Shown here: positions 41,502-51,795 of the stretch, in pieces | Numbering within the stretch: the stretch's first letter is position 1 | How the letters are laid out: each line of letters begins with the position of its first letter | Source of the DNA: Myxococcota bacterium | GTDB lineage: Bacteria > Myxococcota_A > UBA796 > SXON01 | Length of the DNA stretch: 52,848 nucleotides | Assembly: GCA_964202365.1 (NCBI GenBank) | Contig: CAXNIN010000001.1 | Span: forward strand, 1 to 52,848 | Reading direction: 5' to 3' | Notes under the pieces: generated by a model | Database searches by the model: none | The model's input: only the letters and a program-made list of their open reading frames with translations | What the model was told of the DNA's origin: nothing | Position numbers and translations under genes: made by a program

Positions 41502-41945
41502 TTATCGACCCCCCTCCCCAGCGTCAACCCCCTCCGCTACGACTCTCACCTCTTCCCGCTCGCTCCTCGCGATTCGCTTCGCGATCCGCACCCGGGTCGC
41601 GACGTCGCTCCCGGCCACCGCCGCCTTCGCGATCGCCACGCCGTCCTCCGGCGCGAAGGCGTCGATGCGCCCAGCCACGACAATCCCCAGTCCCGCCCAG
41701 CGCTTCTCGGCAACCCAGCCCTGCGCCCGCTCCACCACCACCGGGTCTCCCGCGAAGCTCTCCACGAGGCATCCTGCCGCTCGAACCGGCACATACGAAG
41801 GCGCGACATCGCCCTCCGCGAGCGCCAGCAGCTCGTCGCGCACGGCCGCGCCCGTCCCGAGCTGCGCGCAGTCCGCGCCATCCCGCAGCTTGAGCACGTC
41901 GTACGCGCCCGCCCACACCCCAGAAACCAGCGCGATCACGAACAT
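41502..41945 (-). CDS. Hypothetical protein
   Basis: 147-aa ORF, Ala/Val/Gly-rich but with plausible composition. No motif recognised. Confidence 0.45.
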   Translation of the reverse strand: MFVIALVSGVWAGAYDVLKLRDGADCAQLGTGAAVRDELLALAEGDVAPSYVPVRAAGCLVESFAGDPVVVERAQGWVAEKRWAGLGIVVAGRIDAFAPEDGVAIAKAAVAGSDVATRVRIAKRIARSEREEVRVVAEGVDAGEGGR

Positions 41946-42209
41946 TTCCTACCTCCACGTCCCTTCGACACCGCGTGTTGCCCGCTCATTCGATCCCGCC
42001 CGATCCGGGCGCGCCCCCCGCGCGGACGCGGGGGTCGGTCCCCTCCGGGGTCGGGGCAAAGCCCCTCGCCCCGCTCCGCGCGGGCCGACCGGCGCGCGCG
42101 ATGCACCGTGTCCCTCGCTGCGTCCGCCAACCGCGCGCGCCGCCCTCCGGCGCCCTCGCGGAAGCGCGGCGCAGCCGCGCTCCCCCGAGCGGCGCAGCCG
42201 CGCTCACCC

Positions 42210-42239
42210 GGGGCGTTGCGGGGCAGAGCCCCGCCCCAA
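42210..42239. repeat. GC-rich REP-like hairpin element (GGGGCGTTGCGGGGC-AGA-GCCCCGCCCCAA)
   Basis: A near-identical element lies at 51756-51792 and a related GGGGC-AAA-GCCCC hairpin at 42053-42072. There is also a 17-nt direct repeat gcggcgcagccgcgctc at 42166-82 and 42189-205. Confidence 0.4.
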
Positions 42240-42245
42240 ACTCCC

Positions 42246-43352
42246 TCACTCCACCCCCACATACCGCTGCAACACCCCGGTCTGGTCGCCCGAGAGCTCG
42301 TCCTGCCGCGTGCAACTGCCGGCGTTCATGCCGGTGCATACGGGGTAGGGGAACATGAGGTTCGCACCCAGGGCGTCTTCGCACGGGGTGTAGCCGCGGC
42401 ACGCCTCGGTGTCTTCGAGGGCGTCCCAATACTCGAACCCGTCCTCCACGGGGTGGTAGAGGCCGAGGTAGTGGCCCACCTCGTGCGCCATGGTTTCGCC
42501 CATGAGCAGGATGTCGGCGTCCTGAAACTCGGCGTCCGCGCCGGCGTTCGCGATCCAGGCCACCTCCACCGCAGCGTGTTCGGCGGGGGCGTAGGGGCCG
42601 GGAATGGCGCCGGCTTCGCCGTACGTCCATTGGTCGCCGGCGATGTCCTCGCCGATGACCATGAGCACGGAGCGTCGCTCGGCATCCTCGTGGAACGCCT
42701 TGAACTCGTCGAGACCCTCGTAGGTGTCGGGCAGGGCGGGGTCTACGGCGATGTCGGTGTAGGTCACCTCGAGCTCGATGCCCACGGCGGCGTAAAGCTG
42801 CACCCAATACTCGGCGGCGGCCTCCACGGCGGGGGCCACACCTTCTTCTTCGCGCACGCCCTCGGCGTAGGCGATGACGGCGTACAACTTCCCGGCGTCG
42901 AAGGTGGGGTCCGGGCGGGTGAGCACCTCTACGGTCACGTCCTTGCCGCCGGCGTAGTTGCCGCGGTCGTACGTGCCGATGACAACCTCCCACGTGCCCT
43001 CCGCGAGGGGGCCGTCCTCCGCGCGCACGGGCCAGTTGGTCGTGCTGGCGAATTCGGTAGGATAGAAGGCGTCCGTCAGGGAGAAGGACGAGTCGTACCA
43101 GTCCTCCCAGTCGAGCACCTTGGTGCCGTCGGGCGCGTACATGTACTCGAGGCCGCTGGTGCCCGAGTCGCGGTGCACGACCACCTGGAAAACGCCCATG
43201 TCTGCGGTGACTTTCACCGGGACGGTCAGGTAGCCGTCGCGATCGGAGGTGTCGTCGTACACGGTGGAGGTCACCGAGCTGGTGGGACCGGGCCGCTCGG
43301 CGGTCTCGGTCTTGTCGGTGTCGGGTTGGACACACGCAAGAAGCAGGATCAT
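42246..43352 (-). CDS. Metzincin-type zinc metalloprotease lipoprotein (M43/pappalysin-like motif)
   Basis: ATG 43352 ('MILLLACVQ', lipobox LLAC) overlaps the upstream TGA. 'MAHEVGHYLGLYHP' = HExxHxxGxxH. Confidence 0.8.
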   Translation of the reverse strand: MILLLACVQPDTDKTETAERPGPTSSVTSTVYDDTSDRDGYLTVPVKVTADMGVFQVVVHRDSGTSGLEYMYAPDGTKVLDWEDWYDSSFSLTDAFYPTEFASTTNWPVRAEDGPLAEGTWEVVIGTYDRGNYAGGKDVTVEVLTRPDPTFDAGKLYAVIAYAEGVREEEGVAPAVEAAAEYWVQLYAAVGIELEVTYTDIAVDPALPDTYEGLDEFKAFHEDAERRSVLMVIGEDIAGDQWTYGEAGAIPGPYAPAEHAAVEVAWIANAGADAEFQDADILLMGETMAHEVGHYLGLYHPVEDGFEYWDALEDTEACRGYTPCEDALGANLMFPYPVCTGMNAGSCTRQDELSGDQTGVLQRYVGVE

Positions 43353-44038
43353 GGCAGAATCTCCACGTTCGCGGGAAGCCGCGGGTCGTTCTGGACGCCT
43401 CCCTGCACGGTCCCGCCCGTCACGCGCACGGTCGGCGCGCGGGTGGTGGTGCCGCGCGCCTGGACGGCGCCGCCCACGTTCACGGCGTTCAACGTCAGGT
43501 GGGCGCCTTCGCGCGCCACCACGTCTCCGGCGAGCGGGGTGTTGGTGACGATGGCCTCCGCCACGCCCGTCACAAAGAGGTCGCTGCCGAAAGCGGCGCG
43601 GTTGGTGCGAAACATCCCGCCTTCGATGCGGATGGTTCCGCGGGTTGCGTACACGCCGCCGCCGCCGCCCGCGGAGTCGCCGAGGCCGCGCGCGCGGTTG
43701 CCCTCGACGACACACTGGAGCAGGAGCACGTTGGAGTAGCCGGTGAGCGCGAGGCCGCCGCCCGACTCGGCGCTCCCGCCGCGCAGGGTGAGCGCCTCCA
43801 CGCGCACGACGAGGTCGTCGTCTTCCACGCGTAGAACGCTACCTGTTCCGCCGCCGTCGAGCACCGCGCCAACCTCGCCGCGGAGTGTCACGCTGGTCTT
43901 GAGCACGAGGGGGCCGGCGTGTACGCCGGGGCCGAGGCACACGACACCGCCCGCCGCGAGGGCCTCGGCGAGGGGCTGGCCCGCCTCGATGCGCGCGGAG
44001 CAAGCGGGGACGTCGCGGGGGATATCGTCCACGTTCAA
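43349..44038 (-). CDS. Right-handed parallel beta-helix repeat protein
   Basis: 229 aa with a TTG start overlapping the upstream TGA (TTGA). Repetitive 'GGG..L.....V.L..C.V.GN.A...GGG' segments typical of pectate-lyase-like beta-helices. Confidence 0.6.
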   Translation of the reverse strand: MNVDDIPRDVPACSARIEAGQPLAEALAAGGVVCLGPGVHAGPLVLKTSVTLRGEVGAVLDGGGTGSVLRVEDDDLVVRVEALTLRGGSAESGGGLALTGYSNVLLLQCVVEGNRARGLGDSAGGGGGVYATRGTIRIEGGMFRTNRAAFGSDLFVTGVAEAIVTNTPLAGDVVAREGAHLTLNAVNVGGAVQARGTTTRAPTVRVTGGTVQGGVQNDPRLPANVEILP

Positions 44039-45522
44039 CCTTGCGTCTTCTGGGAAGGCGGCGTGTTTGTGGTGAGGCTGTCGAAGTGGCGGAGGAACTC
44101 GGCGGGGGTGATCGGCTTGGGTTGGTAGGTGCCCCAGGGGTTGTAGAACTGGAGCTCCTTGCCGCCCACCACGCCCTCGAAGGCGTAGGCGTGGTTGCCG
44201 ATGATGAACTTGTTGGTGTCGAGCACGCCGTGGTACTCGAACTCGAGCTTCAGATCACCGGGCTTTGCGGGGCCTTTTCCCTTGCCGTAGGTGAGCTCGA
44301 GGGCGTCCTTCGTCTCGCCCTTGTACCCCACGGTGCCGCGGCCGCCGCCGGCCAGCTTCGCCGACTTGTCGCCCTCGGCGCCGGTGTCCCACACGTCGTC
44401 GGCCTTCCCTTGGGAGTCGGTCACGGACACGGTGCCGGGCACGATCTCGTTCCAGCGGTGCGTGTGGCTCGCCTTGGCGCGGAGAGGGCCGTCGCCGGTG
44501 CCGCCGAACGGAGTTTGCGCCTCGGTCTTCAGCGAGTTGCGCACGCCCGCGTAGATGGCCTGGCCGTCCTTCTTGGCGGCCTCGAAGAAGGGGATCACCT
44601 CGGCCTCCTTCATGTTCGACGGGCTCTTGTCGCGCGAGCGCGCGCCGGTGATGGCGGTCATCGCCTCTTCCCCGGTTCCACCCTCGCCAATCACGTCGTA
44701 CCCGCCCTTCCACTGTGCGTAGGCCTTCTCGATGATGGCCGACCACATCGGGCCGCCCTGGTCGCCCGCGTACGTCGGGTCCTTGCGGTTGTCCTTGGCG
44801 GTGGGGAGGTAGCCGTCCACCTCGATGTACACGGGGGTGAACTTCCCGCGCCCCTGTTCCTCGTAGAAACGTACGGTGTAGGCGCCCTTTGCCTTGTCGT
44901 ACTTCACCATGTCGCGAATGGCGCCGGGCGCGGCGTTGGCCACCGCCGCCATGGACGCGATGAGGAAACAGTCCCCGGCCGCGCCCTGGGCGGTCTGCTT
45001 GCCGGTGGGCGATTCGGGGCTGTGATCGCCGTCGATCTTGCTGTAGACGTAGTCGTCGGCGAGGGCGGAGTCCTCCTCGTCGCGGGTCAGCGCGGGTTGG
45101 TTCGAGAAGATCGCGGCGTCCACCCAGCCTTCGACGTTCTTCGCGCCGTCGCGCACGGCCACCTTGATGCGGCCGCCCTTCACCTTGCGCACCTCGGCGG
45201 CCACGCCGTCGGGCACGGTGGCCGCGGCCTTGCCGGTGCCGTCCTCCGACTTCGAGAGGGTGACCGTGGCGTTCGATCCGATGAGCGCGCCCTTCTGGCC
45301 CGACCGCACCGACTTCGGGCGGGTGGGCTGCTGGGCCTCGGGGGCCTGGAGCTCCTCCCCGTCCGGGAACGTGTTCGCCTCGCTCGCGACGGGTGCGGGC
45401 GCAGTTCGCTCCTGCACCGCCGCGTTTCCGAGGCGGGACTGCCGGTTTCCGGGGGCGGAAGAGGGGCCGTCGCCCCCCACCTTCTGGGCGCGCGCGGTGG
45501 GGCGGAGCTGTCGCTGGAGCAT
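44035..45522 (-). CDS. Calpain-like (C2 family) cysteine protease with an N-terminal SH3-like region
   Basis: ATG 45522 preceded by GGAGG; the remaining 807 codons of track ORF 44035..47943 are artefactual. 'QGAAGDCFLIASMAAV' (Cys), 'GNHAYAF' (His), 'FYNPWG' (Asn). Confidence 0.8.
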   Translation of the reverse strand: MLQRQLRPTARAQKVGGDGPSSAPGNRQSRLGNAAVQERTAPAPVASEANTFPDGEELQAPEAQQPTRPKSVRSGQKGALIGSNATVTLSKSEDGTGKAAATVPDGVAAEVRKVKGGRIKVAVRDGAKNVEGWVDAAIFSNQPALTRDEEDSALADDYVYSKIDGDHSPESPTGKQTAQGAAGDCFLIASMAAVANAAPGAIRDMVKYDKAKGAYTVRFYEEQGRGKFTPVYIEVDGYLPTAKDNRKDPTYAGDQGGPMWSAIIEKAYAQWKGGYDVIGEGGTGEEAMTAITGARSRDKSPSNMKEAEVIPFFEAAKKDGQAIYAGVRNSLKTEAQTPFGGTGDGPLRAKASHTHRWNEIVPGTVSVTDSQGKADDVWDTGAEGDKSAKLAGGGRGTVGYKGETKDALELTYGKGKGPAKPGDLKLEFEYHGVLDTNKFIIGNHAYAFEGVVGGKELQFYNPWGTYQPKPITPAEFLRHFDSLTTNTPPSQKTQG

Positions 45523-45801
45523 GCTGCCTCCGGGAGGATGGTAAAGCGGTGGCCCGTCCGCCGCTACCGAGCGCGCCTGCGTTGCGCCGTGTTCCGCCCG
45601 CGGAGCCCGGTCCGCTTTGGCGCCGCGCGCCTCCGTGCCGTGCCGTCCCGCCACCCCGCGTCGAGCACGTGCGGCGAGAGTGGCCGTAAAATCGACGCGA
45701 TGGTCGGTTCCGCCCTTGACCTGGCAACAGCAGTCGTGTTCAACTGCCGCGTCCTCTCGGGTTCGCCCCGCCTCCGCCGACCCCACACGTCTGGTCGTTT
45801 C

Positions 45802-46875
45802 GTGAAGCTCGCCCTGCGCCTCATCTCCACCGCCCTCGTCGCCAGCGGTGCGGCTCTCACTGCCTACGTCGCCCAGCCCGTCCTCGCGTCGGTGCCCGAC
45901 GTCGCGTCGCCCGTCGCCTCCCTGGCGCTCGGCAACGTCGGTCGCGCGTTCCGGCCCGCCTCCGTCCCCGTCGAAGCGGCGGTCGCCGACACCGGCGATT
46001 CCGGCGTAGATGCCTACGGTTCCCCCGATCCCGACGCCGCGGTGTGGAGCCGCCCCACCTGGTTCCCGCCCGTCGGGGACGTCGACGCCGTCGCGCTCAT
46101 GGGCGGCCCCGCCTCCGGCGGCCGCGGCCCCGCGCTCCGCTCGCGCTCGGTGTTCGTCTACGACCTCGACGCCGGCGAGGTCCTCATCGACAAGAACGCC
46201 GACGTCGTGCGCCCCGTCGCCTCGCTCACCAAGCTCGTGTCGTCGCTCGCGCTCATGAGCGCTGAGCCCAACCTCGACACTGAGCTCTGCGTCGGCGCCG
46301 CCCAGTACCCCACGCGCTCCGGCGCGCGCAGCCGCCTCTCCACCGGCGATTGTGTAGGTGGATGGGACGTTCTCGGCGCGGCCCTCGTCGCCTCCGACAA
46401 CCGCGGCGCGTACGCGCTCGCCGCCGTCGCCGGCATGGACATGGACGACTTCGTCGCCCGCATGAACGACATCTCGGCCGATCTCGCCATGGATCACTCC
46501 TCCTGGTCCGATCCCTCCGGCCTGGAAGACGAGAACCTCTCCACCGCCCGCGACATGGCCCGCGCCACCGTCGCCGTCGCGTCCCACCCGGTGCTCGGGC
46601 CCGTCTCCACCGCGCCGTATTGGGACATGCACCGGTCCAACAAGGAAGCCCCGCGCCGCCTCTTCACCACCGATCGCCTCTCCGGCCGCGAGGACATGAC
46701 CATCCTCGCCGCGAAGACCGGCTACACCGACACCGCGCGCTACTGCTTCTCGACCGTCCTCCAGACGCGCGATGGCCGTCGTCTCGCGATTTCGCTCCTC
46801 GGCGCCGAAGGCAAGCTCTCCCGCTGGGCCGACATCGACCGCATCCTCTCCTGGGTCCACACCACCTCGAGCTAG
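45802..46875 (+). CDS. D-alanyl-D-alanine carboxypeptidase/endopeptidase (S11 low-molecular-weight PBP)
   Basis: 'ASLTKLV' (SxxK), 'VASDNRGA' (SxN), 'AAKTGYT' (KTG). Start taken at GTG 45802 ('VKLALRLISTALVASGAAL' signal/anchor); an alternative ATG is at 45700. Confidence 0.85.
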   Translation: MKLALRLISTALVASGAALTAYVAQPVLASVPDVASPVASLALGNVGRAFRPASVPVEAAVADTGDSGVDAYGSPDPDAAVWSRPTWFPPVGDVDAVALMGGPASGGRGPALRSRSVFVYDLDAGEVLIDKNADVVRPVASLTKLVSSLALMSAEPNLDTELCVGAAQYPTRSGARSRLSTGDCVGGWDVLGAALVASDNRGAYALAAVAGMDMDDFVARMNDISADLAMDHSSWSDPSGLEDENLSTARDMARATVAVASHPVLGPVSTAPYWDMHRSNKEAPRRLFTTDRLSGREDMTILAAKTGYTDTARYCFSTVLQTRDGRRLAISLLGAEGKLSRWADIDRILSWVHTTSS

Positions 46876-46989
46876 CGGCGGCGAGCCCGAGCGCGGGCGC
46901 GGACCTCCCGGAGGCGGGGGGGAGCACGGCGAGCCAGGGCCAGCGTCGGCGGCGCGTCCGATCCCGGCGCCCCGCGATACATCGCGCGG

Positions 46990-48279
46990 ATGCCTACGCC
47001 CGTACACGTGATCTCCGGCTTCCTCGGCGCCGGAAAGACCACCACCATCCGCGCGTGGATGGCCGCGCACCAGGGCCGCGAGCGCGCGGCGGTGATCGTG
47101 AACGACTTCGGAGAAGCCGGGGTTGACGCCGCGCTCCTCGAAGAGGGCGTCGCGATCACCAACATCCCCGGCGGGTGTGTGTGCTGCACGGCCCCGGCGG
47201 GCCTCGCGCGCGCCGTCGCCGCGATCCTCGACGAAGTCCGCCCCGATCGGCTCTTCATCGAGCCGTCCGGCCTCGCGCGCCCGCAAGATGTCGTCGACAT
47301 GCTCTCCCGCGGCGGGCTCAAGGAGCGCGTGGCGCTCGGGCCCACGGTTGTCGTCGTGAACCCGGCGGCGCCCGGCCCCGCCGACCTCTCGCATGTGTTG
47401 CTGGAGGCCGCCGACGTGCTCGTGCTCAACTACGCCGATCAGGCGGACGCCGCCGCGATCGCAGCGGTGCGGGCGCGTGTCGCCGCACTGTGGCCCGGGC
47501 CCGCGCGCGTGCTCGAAACCAGCTTCGGCGCGCTCCCGGAAGACGCGCTCGGCTGGCCGGAGGGCGCGGGCCCCGCGGTGCGGTACACGCGGGTGCACGA
47601 CGCGCCGTCCACGGAGGGGTTTCGGGCGCGCTCCTGGGTGTTTCCGCCGGAGACGCGGTTTTCGTGGGACCGGCTCCGGCCCGCGCTCCGCGCGCCGGGC
47701 ATCGCGCGGTTCAAGGGGCTCTTCACCGGGGATGTCGGCTGGTTCCGGGTGGATGTCGCGGGGGGCCAGGTGCACTTCGCGGCCACCGCGTGGCGGCGGG
47801 ACAACCGCGCCGATCTCATCGTCGACGCCTCGGCCGATCTCGACGCCATCGCGGCCGGCATCGAAGCCGCCATCGTCGTGGAGGACACGCCCGCGCCCCT
47901 GGACGGCGTCACGCTCGTCGACGCCGACGGCTTCGAGCTCCACGTGTCGCGCGCCGCGCTCTCGGCCATCCCGGGACAGGTGCCCGACGTGGGGGTGGTG
48001 GTGGCCGGGCGCGCGGGCGCAGGGGTCGCGCTCGCCGACCTCCTCGCGCTCGTGCCGGCGGTGCGCGGCGCGTCGTTCGTGGTGGTCGCTTCCGACGGCC
48101 TCACGACGCCCCCCGCGCCCGTGGCCGGGGTGGACGGCGTGCTCGTGTACGCGCTCGACGGCGGCCCGCTCCCCGAAAGCCAGGGCGGGCCCTACCGTTT
48201 GCTCGCCCCCAAGGGGTCGACGTGCGCCAACGTGAAGGGGGTCGTGCGCATTCGCGTCACGCCGCCGCTCGCGGGCTGA
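46990..48279 (+). CDS. COG0523 (CobW/G3E family) GTPase with an extra C-terminal domain
   Basis: 'VISGFLGAGKTTT' (P-loop), 'GGCVCCT' (CxCC metal motif), 'IEPSGLA'. The C-terminal ~130 aa ('GGPYRLLAPKGSTCANVKGVVRIRV') resemble a molybdopterin-oxidoreductase-type fold; this is tentative. Confidence 0.8.
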   Translation: MPTPVHVISGFLGAGKTTTIRAWMAAHQGRERAAVIVNDFGEAGVDAALLEEGVAITNIPGGCVCCTAPAGLARAVAAILDEVRPDRLFIEPSGLARPQDVVDMLSRGGLKERVALGPTVVVVNPAAPGPADLSHVLLEAADVLVLNYADQADAAAIAAVRARVAALWPGPARVLETSFGALPEDALGWPEGAGPAVRYTRVHDAPSTEGFRARSWVFPPETRFSWDRLRPALRAPGIARFKGLFTGDVGWFRVDVAGGQVHFAATAWRRDNRADLIVDASADLDAIAAGIEAAIVVEDTPAPLDGVTLVDADGFELHVSRAALSAIPGQVPDVGVVVAGRAGAGVALADLLALVPAVRGASFVVVASDGLTTPPAPVAGVDGVLVYALDGGPLPESQGGPYRLLAPKGSTCANVKGVVRIRVTPPLAG

Positions 48280-48292
48280 CGCCCCGGCCCGG

Positions 48293-48754
48293 TCACTGGA
48301 TTCCGAGGAGCTCCACGTCGAAGATCAGGGCGGCGCCCGGCGGGATCACGCCGCCCGCGCCGTCGGCGCCGTAGGCGAGGTCGGCCGGGATCTCGAACTG
48401 GCGCTTCTCGCCCACCTTCAGCAGCGCGACGCCCTGGTCCCACCCCGGGATCACCTCGCCCGCGCCGAGGCGGAACGTGAACGGGCGCTTTCCGACGCTG
48501 GAGTCGAACCGTTCGCCGTTGTGCTTCAGCCAGCCCGTGTAGTCCACCTTCACGGTCTGGCCGGGGGCGGGGGCCGCGCCGGTGCCGGGCTTGATCACCC
48601 AGGAGTTGAGGCCGTTCGGGTGGCGCTGCACCTCGAGCCCGGCCACCGAGGTCGGCCCGCCGGAGGCCGGCGCCGCGGTGGTGCTCGAGGGCGAGGTGGC
48701 GACATCGCCGGTGTTCGGGGAGCAGGCGAGGGCGAGCAGGAGCGGGAGGATCAT
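48293..48754 (-). CDS. FKBP-type peptidyl-prolyl cis-trans isomerase lipoprotein
   Basis: 'LLLALACS' lipobox. '[17 protein letters not shown]....[35 protein letters not shown].....[15 protein letters not shown]' is the canonical FKBP domain. Confidence 0.92.
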   Translation of the reverse strand: MILPLLLALACSPNTGDVATSPSSTTAAPASGGPTSVAGLEVQRHPNGLNSWVIKPGTGAAPAPGQTVKVDYTGWLKHNGERFDSSVGKRPFTFRLGAGEVIPGWDQGVALLKVGEKRQFEIPADLAYGADGAGGVIPPGAALIFDVELLGIQ

Positions 48755-48819
48755 GCCGCCGAGGTATCGCCCACGCCCGTGCCCGGCCAGCGGGGTACGT
48801 TGCCGGGCCGGAGGTCAGG

Positions 48820-50346
48820 ATGGGGCTTTCTCGGATGGACGCGCTTTGTTGGCGAAACACCGAGCTCGGTGTCTGGCTCGATCTCTCCACCACCTCGTTG
48901 ACGCCGGCCGATCTCGCCGCCGCGGAGTCCGACTTCGCCGCCGCGTTCCGGGACATGGCGGCGCTTGAGGCCGGCGCGGTCGCCAACCCGGACGAGGGGC
49001 GTCGGGTGGGGCACTACTGGCTCCGCGCGCCCGAGCGCGCCCCGGAAGGCCTCGGGGCCGCCATCCTCGCCGCGCGGGAAGCCGCGCGCGCCATCGCCGC
49101 CGAGATCCACAAGGCCGGCGCGCTCCGCACCGTGCTCGTGCTCGGCATCGGCGGGTCGGCGCTCGGCCCGCAGTTCATCGCGGACGCCCTCGGCGAGCCG
49201 CACGACCCCATGCGGGTGCTCTTCCTCGACAACACCGATCCCGACGGCATCGCCCGGGTCCTCGGCCCGCTCGACCTCGAAGAGACGCTCGTCGTCTGCA
49301 TCTCCAAGAGCGGCGGCACCGCCGAGACGCGGAACGCCCTCCTCGAAACGCAGGCCGCCTTCGAGCGCGCGGACGTGCCCTTCGCGCCGCACGCCGTCGC
49401 GGTGACGGGGGAGGGGAGCGCCCTCTGGAACGCCGCCGCGGGCTGGCGGGCGCGGCTCCCGATGTGGGACTGGGTCGGCGGGCGCACGAGCCTCGCGAGC
49501 GCCGTCGGCCTCCTCCCCATGTTCCTCCAGGGCATCGACGCCGACGACTTCCTCGACGGCGCCGCCGCGATGGACGCCGCCACGCGCGTCCCCCGCGTGG
49601 CCGACAACCCGGCGGCGCTCCTCGCGCTCGCGTGGCACCACCTCGGCCACGGCAAGGGCGACCGCGCGATGGTCATGCTCCCCTACCGCGACCGCCTCGT
49701 GCTCCTCTCCCGCTACCTCCAGCAGCTCGTGATGGAGTCCATCGGCAAAGAGCGCGACCTCGCCGGCAACGTCGTGCACCAGGGCCTCGCGGTGTACGGC
49801 AACAAGGGCTCGACCGACCAACACGCCTACGTCCAGCAGCTCCGCGACGGCCCGGACAACCACTTCGTCACCTTCGTGGGCGTGCTCGACGACGGCTACC
49901 ACGGCGGCATCGACGTCGATCCCGGCCTCGACGCCGGCGACTATCTCCAGGGGTTCCTCCTGGGTACCCGCCGCGCGCTCGTCGAGAACGGGCACCCGTG
50001 CCTCACGTTGCTCCTCTCCCAGGTCGACGCCTTCCGGCTCGGCGCTCTCGTGGCGCTCTACGAGCGGGCCGTGGGGCTCTACGCCGCGCGTGCGGGCATC
50101 AACGCCTACCACCAGCCGGGCGTGGAAGCGGGCAAGAAGGCCGCGTCGGCGGTGCTCGCGCTCAAGCCGCGGCTCCTCGCGGCCCTCGACGATTCGCCCG
50201 CCACCGTGGCGGAGATCGCCGCGCGGGCGTCGGTCACCGACGAAGAGGCCGCGTGGTTCCTCCTGATGCGGCTCGCCGCCAACGGACGCGTCGCGCACGA
50301 AGCCGGCGCCACGCCGTCCACCGATCGCTTCTCGGCGGGGGATTGA
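48820..50346 (+). CDS. pgi: Glucose-6-phosphate isomerase
   Basis: 508 aa. '[14 protein letters not shown]', '[12 protein letters not shown]', 'WDWVGGRTS', '[10 protein letters not shown]', '[15 protein letters not shown]' are PGI signatures. Start could be ATG 48835. Confidence 0.92.
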   Translation: MGLSRMDALCWRNTELGVWLDLSTTSLTPADLAAAESDFAAAFRDMAALEAGAVANPDEGRRVGHYWLRAPERAPEGLGAAILAAREAARAIAAEIHKAGALRTVLVLGIGGSALGPQFIADALGEPHDPMRVLFLDNTDPDGIARVLGPLDLEETLVVCISKSGGTAETRNALLETQAAFERADVPFAPHAVAVTGEGSALWNAAAGWRARLPMWDWVGGRTSLASAVGLLPMFLQGIDADDFLDGAAAMDAATRVPRVADNPAALLALAWHHLGHGKGDRAMVMLPYRDRLVLLSRYLQQLVMESIGKERDLAGNVVHQGLAVYGNKGSTDQHAYVQQLRDGPDNHFVTFVGVLDDGYHGGIDVDPGLDAGDYLQGFLLGTRRALVENGHPCLTLLLSQVDAFRLGALVALYERAVGLYAARAGINAYHQPGVEAGKKAASAVLALKPRLLAALDDSPATVAEIAARASVTDEEAAWFLLMRLAANGRVAHEAGATPSTDRFSAGD

Positions 50347-51719
50347 CGGCGCGGCCGCTCCCGGTCGCGCTCCTCCTCGCCGCCTGCGCGGGCGCGGAGG
50401 AGTCGCCGGGCGTCTGCGCCGACTACGTGCCCGAAGCGTGGGACCCTCTCCTCGAAGACGACCCGCGCGTCGACGAGGCGAGCGCTGTCTGGGTCACGAC
50501 GGGCGAGGGCGCGATCGACGCGGCCGCCACGGCGTGCGCGGCGCCTCCGTGCCTCGGGCTCGCGGGCCCCGTGTCCGCGTCGACCACGTTCCGGGTGAAC
50601 CGTGGCATCGCGCATCGCCTCGTCGGCACGCTCGTGAGCGACGTCCCGGTCGACCTCCTCGTCGAGCAGGACACCACCCAGGGCACCACCCGCCCCCTGC
50701 TTCGGGTCACCTACCCGGCCGGCACCACCGCCCTCGCGGAGACCTTCGACCTCACCGTCGCCGGCCCCGACATCCGCGTCGCGTTCACCCTCGCAACCGC
50801 CGGCACCGCCACGCTCGACGGCTTCGCCGTGCTCGGCGAACGCTGGGCCGCTACCGACGCCGCGCCCACCGGCACGGTGCGCCTCGGCGTGCTCGTGCAC
50901 CTCGAAGACGAGCCCTTCTTCGATGTCGACGCCGCCGCCTGGGAGCGCCGCGCCCGCGTGATCGAGGGGCTCTCCGCAACCCTCTCGGGGCGGGGCGCGG
51001 CGCTCGGCATCCAGGCGGACGCGAGCTTCATCCGCGGCGCCGGGGTGTGGGACCCCGCGTGGGTCGACGCCCGCACCGCGGAAGGAGCCGGTTGGTCGGT
51101 GCACATCCACGACGAGTCGGACGCCGCCGCCGTGGAGCAGGCCACCCGGGACGGCCGCGTCGCGCTCCGCGAAGCGGGGGTGACCACCACCGATCTCAAC
51201 GGCGGGTTCCTCACGGGCGACTGGTCGGGGGCGGCCGCGGCGGGGTTCACCAGCCTCACGGCCTTCAAAGACCCCGAGACGCAGCTCGGGCTCCCCCGCG
51301 TTCAGCTCCAGCCGTGGCTCCCGGCCGACGGCGCCACCGCCGCCGATCCCGAGGCGTTCCTCGCCCACGATCCCGCGGGCCCGCTCGTGTACCTCCCCGG
51401 CCACTCGCTTCGCGAGGCCGACCACGCGCGTTTCCCGGCCGCCGCCGCGAACGTGATGACCCAGGTGCTCGCCCACGCGCACCCGGACCGCGTGAACACC
51501 TGGTACTTCGTGCTCCACGTCGATGGGTTCGGCGCCGCCGCCGACGACCCCGCCGCGCTCGACGCCTACCTCGCCGAGGGCCTCGCGGACGATCTCGCCG
51601 CGTACGACACGTTCCTCGCCGCGCTCGCGCCGCACGTGGCGTCGGGCGCGGTCGTGTTCGACACGCCGGGCGGCATGGCGGACGCCTGGTACGCCCGGTA
51701 CGCGTGCCCTACGAGGTGA
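50343..51719 (+). CDS. Hypothetical lipoprotein
   Basis: TTG 50343 overlaps the pgi TGA (TTGA). '[12 protein letters not shown]' is a lipobox. The remaining 450 aa have balanced composition. The upstream part of track ORF 49464..51719 overlaps pgi and is Arg-rich. Confidence 0.55.
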   Translation: MTARPLPVALLLAACAGAEESPGVCADYVPEAWDPLLEDDPRVDEASAVWVTTGEGAIDAAATACAAPPCLGLAGPVSASTTFRVNRGIAHRLVGTLVSDVPVDLLVEQDTTQGTTRPLLRVTYPAGTTALAETFDLTVAGPDIRVAFTLATAGTATLDGFAVLGERWAATDAAPTGTVRLGVLVHLEDEPFFDVDAAAWERRARVIEGLSATLSGRGAALGIQADASFIRGAGVWDPAWVDARTAEGAGWSVHIHDESDAAAVEQATRDGRVALREAGVTTTDLNGGFLTGDWSGAAAAGFTSLTAFKDPETQLGLPRVQLQPWLPADGATAADPEAFLAHDPAGPLVYLPGHSLREADHARFPAAAANVMTQVLAHAHPDRVNTWYFVLHVDGFGAAADDPAALDAYLAEGLADDLAAYDTFLAALAPHVASGAVVFDTPGGMADAWYARYACPTR

Positions 51720-51728
51720 CACACCCCT

Positions 51729-51792
51729 GATACATCGCAGGATGTATCGCCTCGGGGGGGCGTTGCGGGGGGGCGGAGCCCCCCTGCCCCAA
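51729..51792. terminator. Hairpin (gatacatc-gcag-gatgtatc) plus a REP-like GC hairpin between convergent genes
   Basis: 8-bp perfect stem at 51729-36 / 51741-48, 10 nt after the stop at 51719. It is followed by gggggcgttgcgggggggcggagcccccctgccccaa (51756-51792), related to 42210-42239. The next gene's stop is at 51796. Confidence 0.35.
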
Positions 51793-51795
51793 GCC

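Noticed and set aside
46976-46992. Shared motif GATACATCGC..GGATG just upstream of the COG0523 GTPase start (46976-46992) and in the hairpin at 51729-51744, considered as a metal-regulator (Zur-like) box
   Set aside because: A single shared 10-mer in a 52-kb window is within chance expectation. The 46976 copy is not palindromic and does not resemble Zur boxes I know. Only the 51729-51748 hairpin is kept, as a possible terminator.
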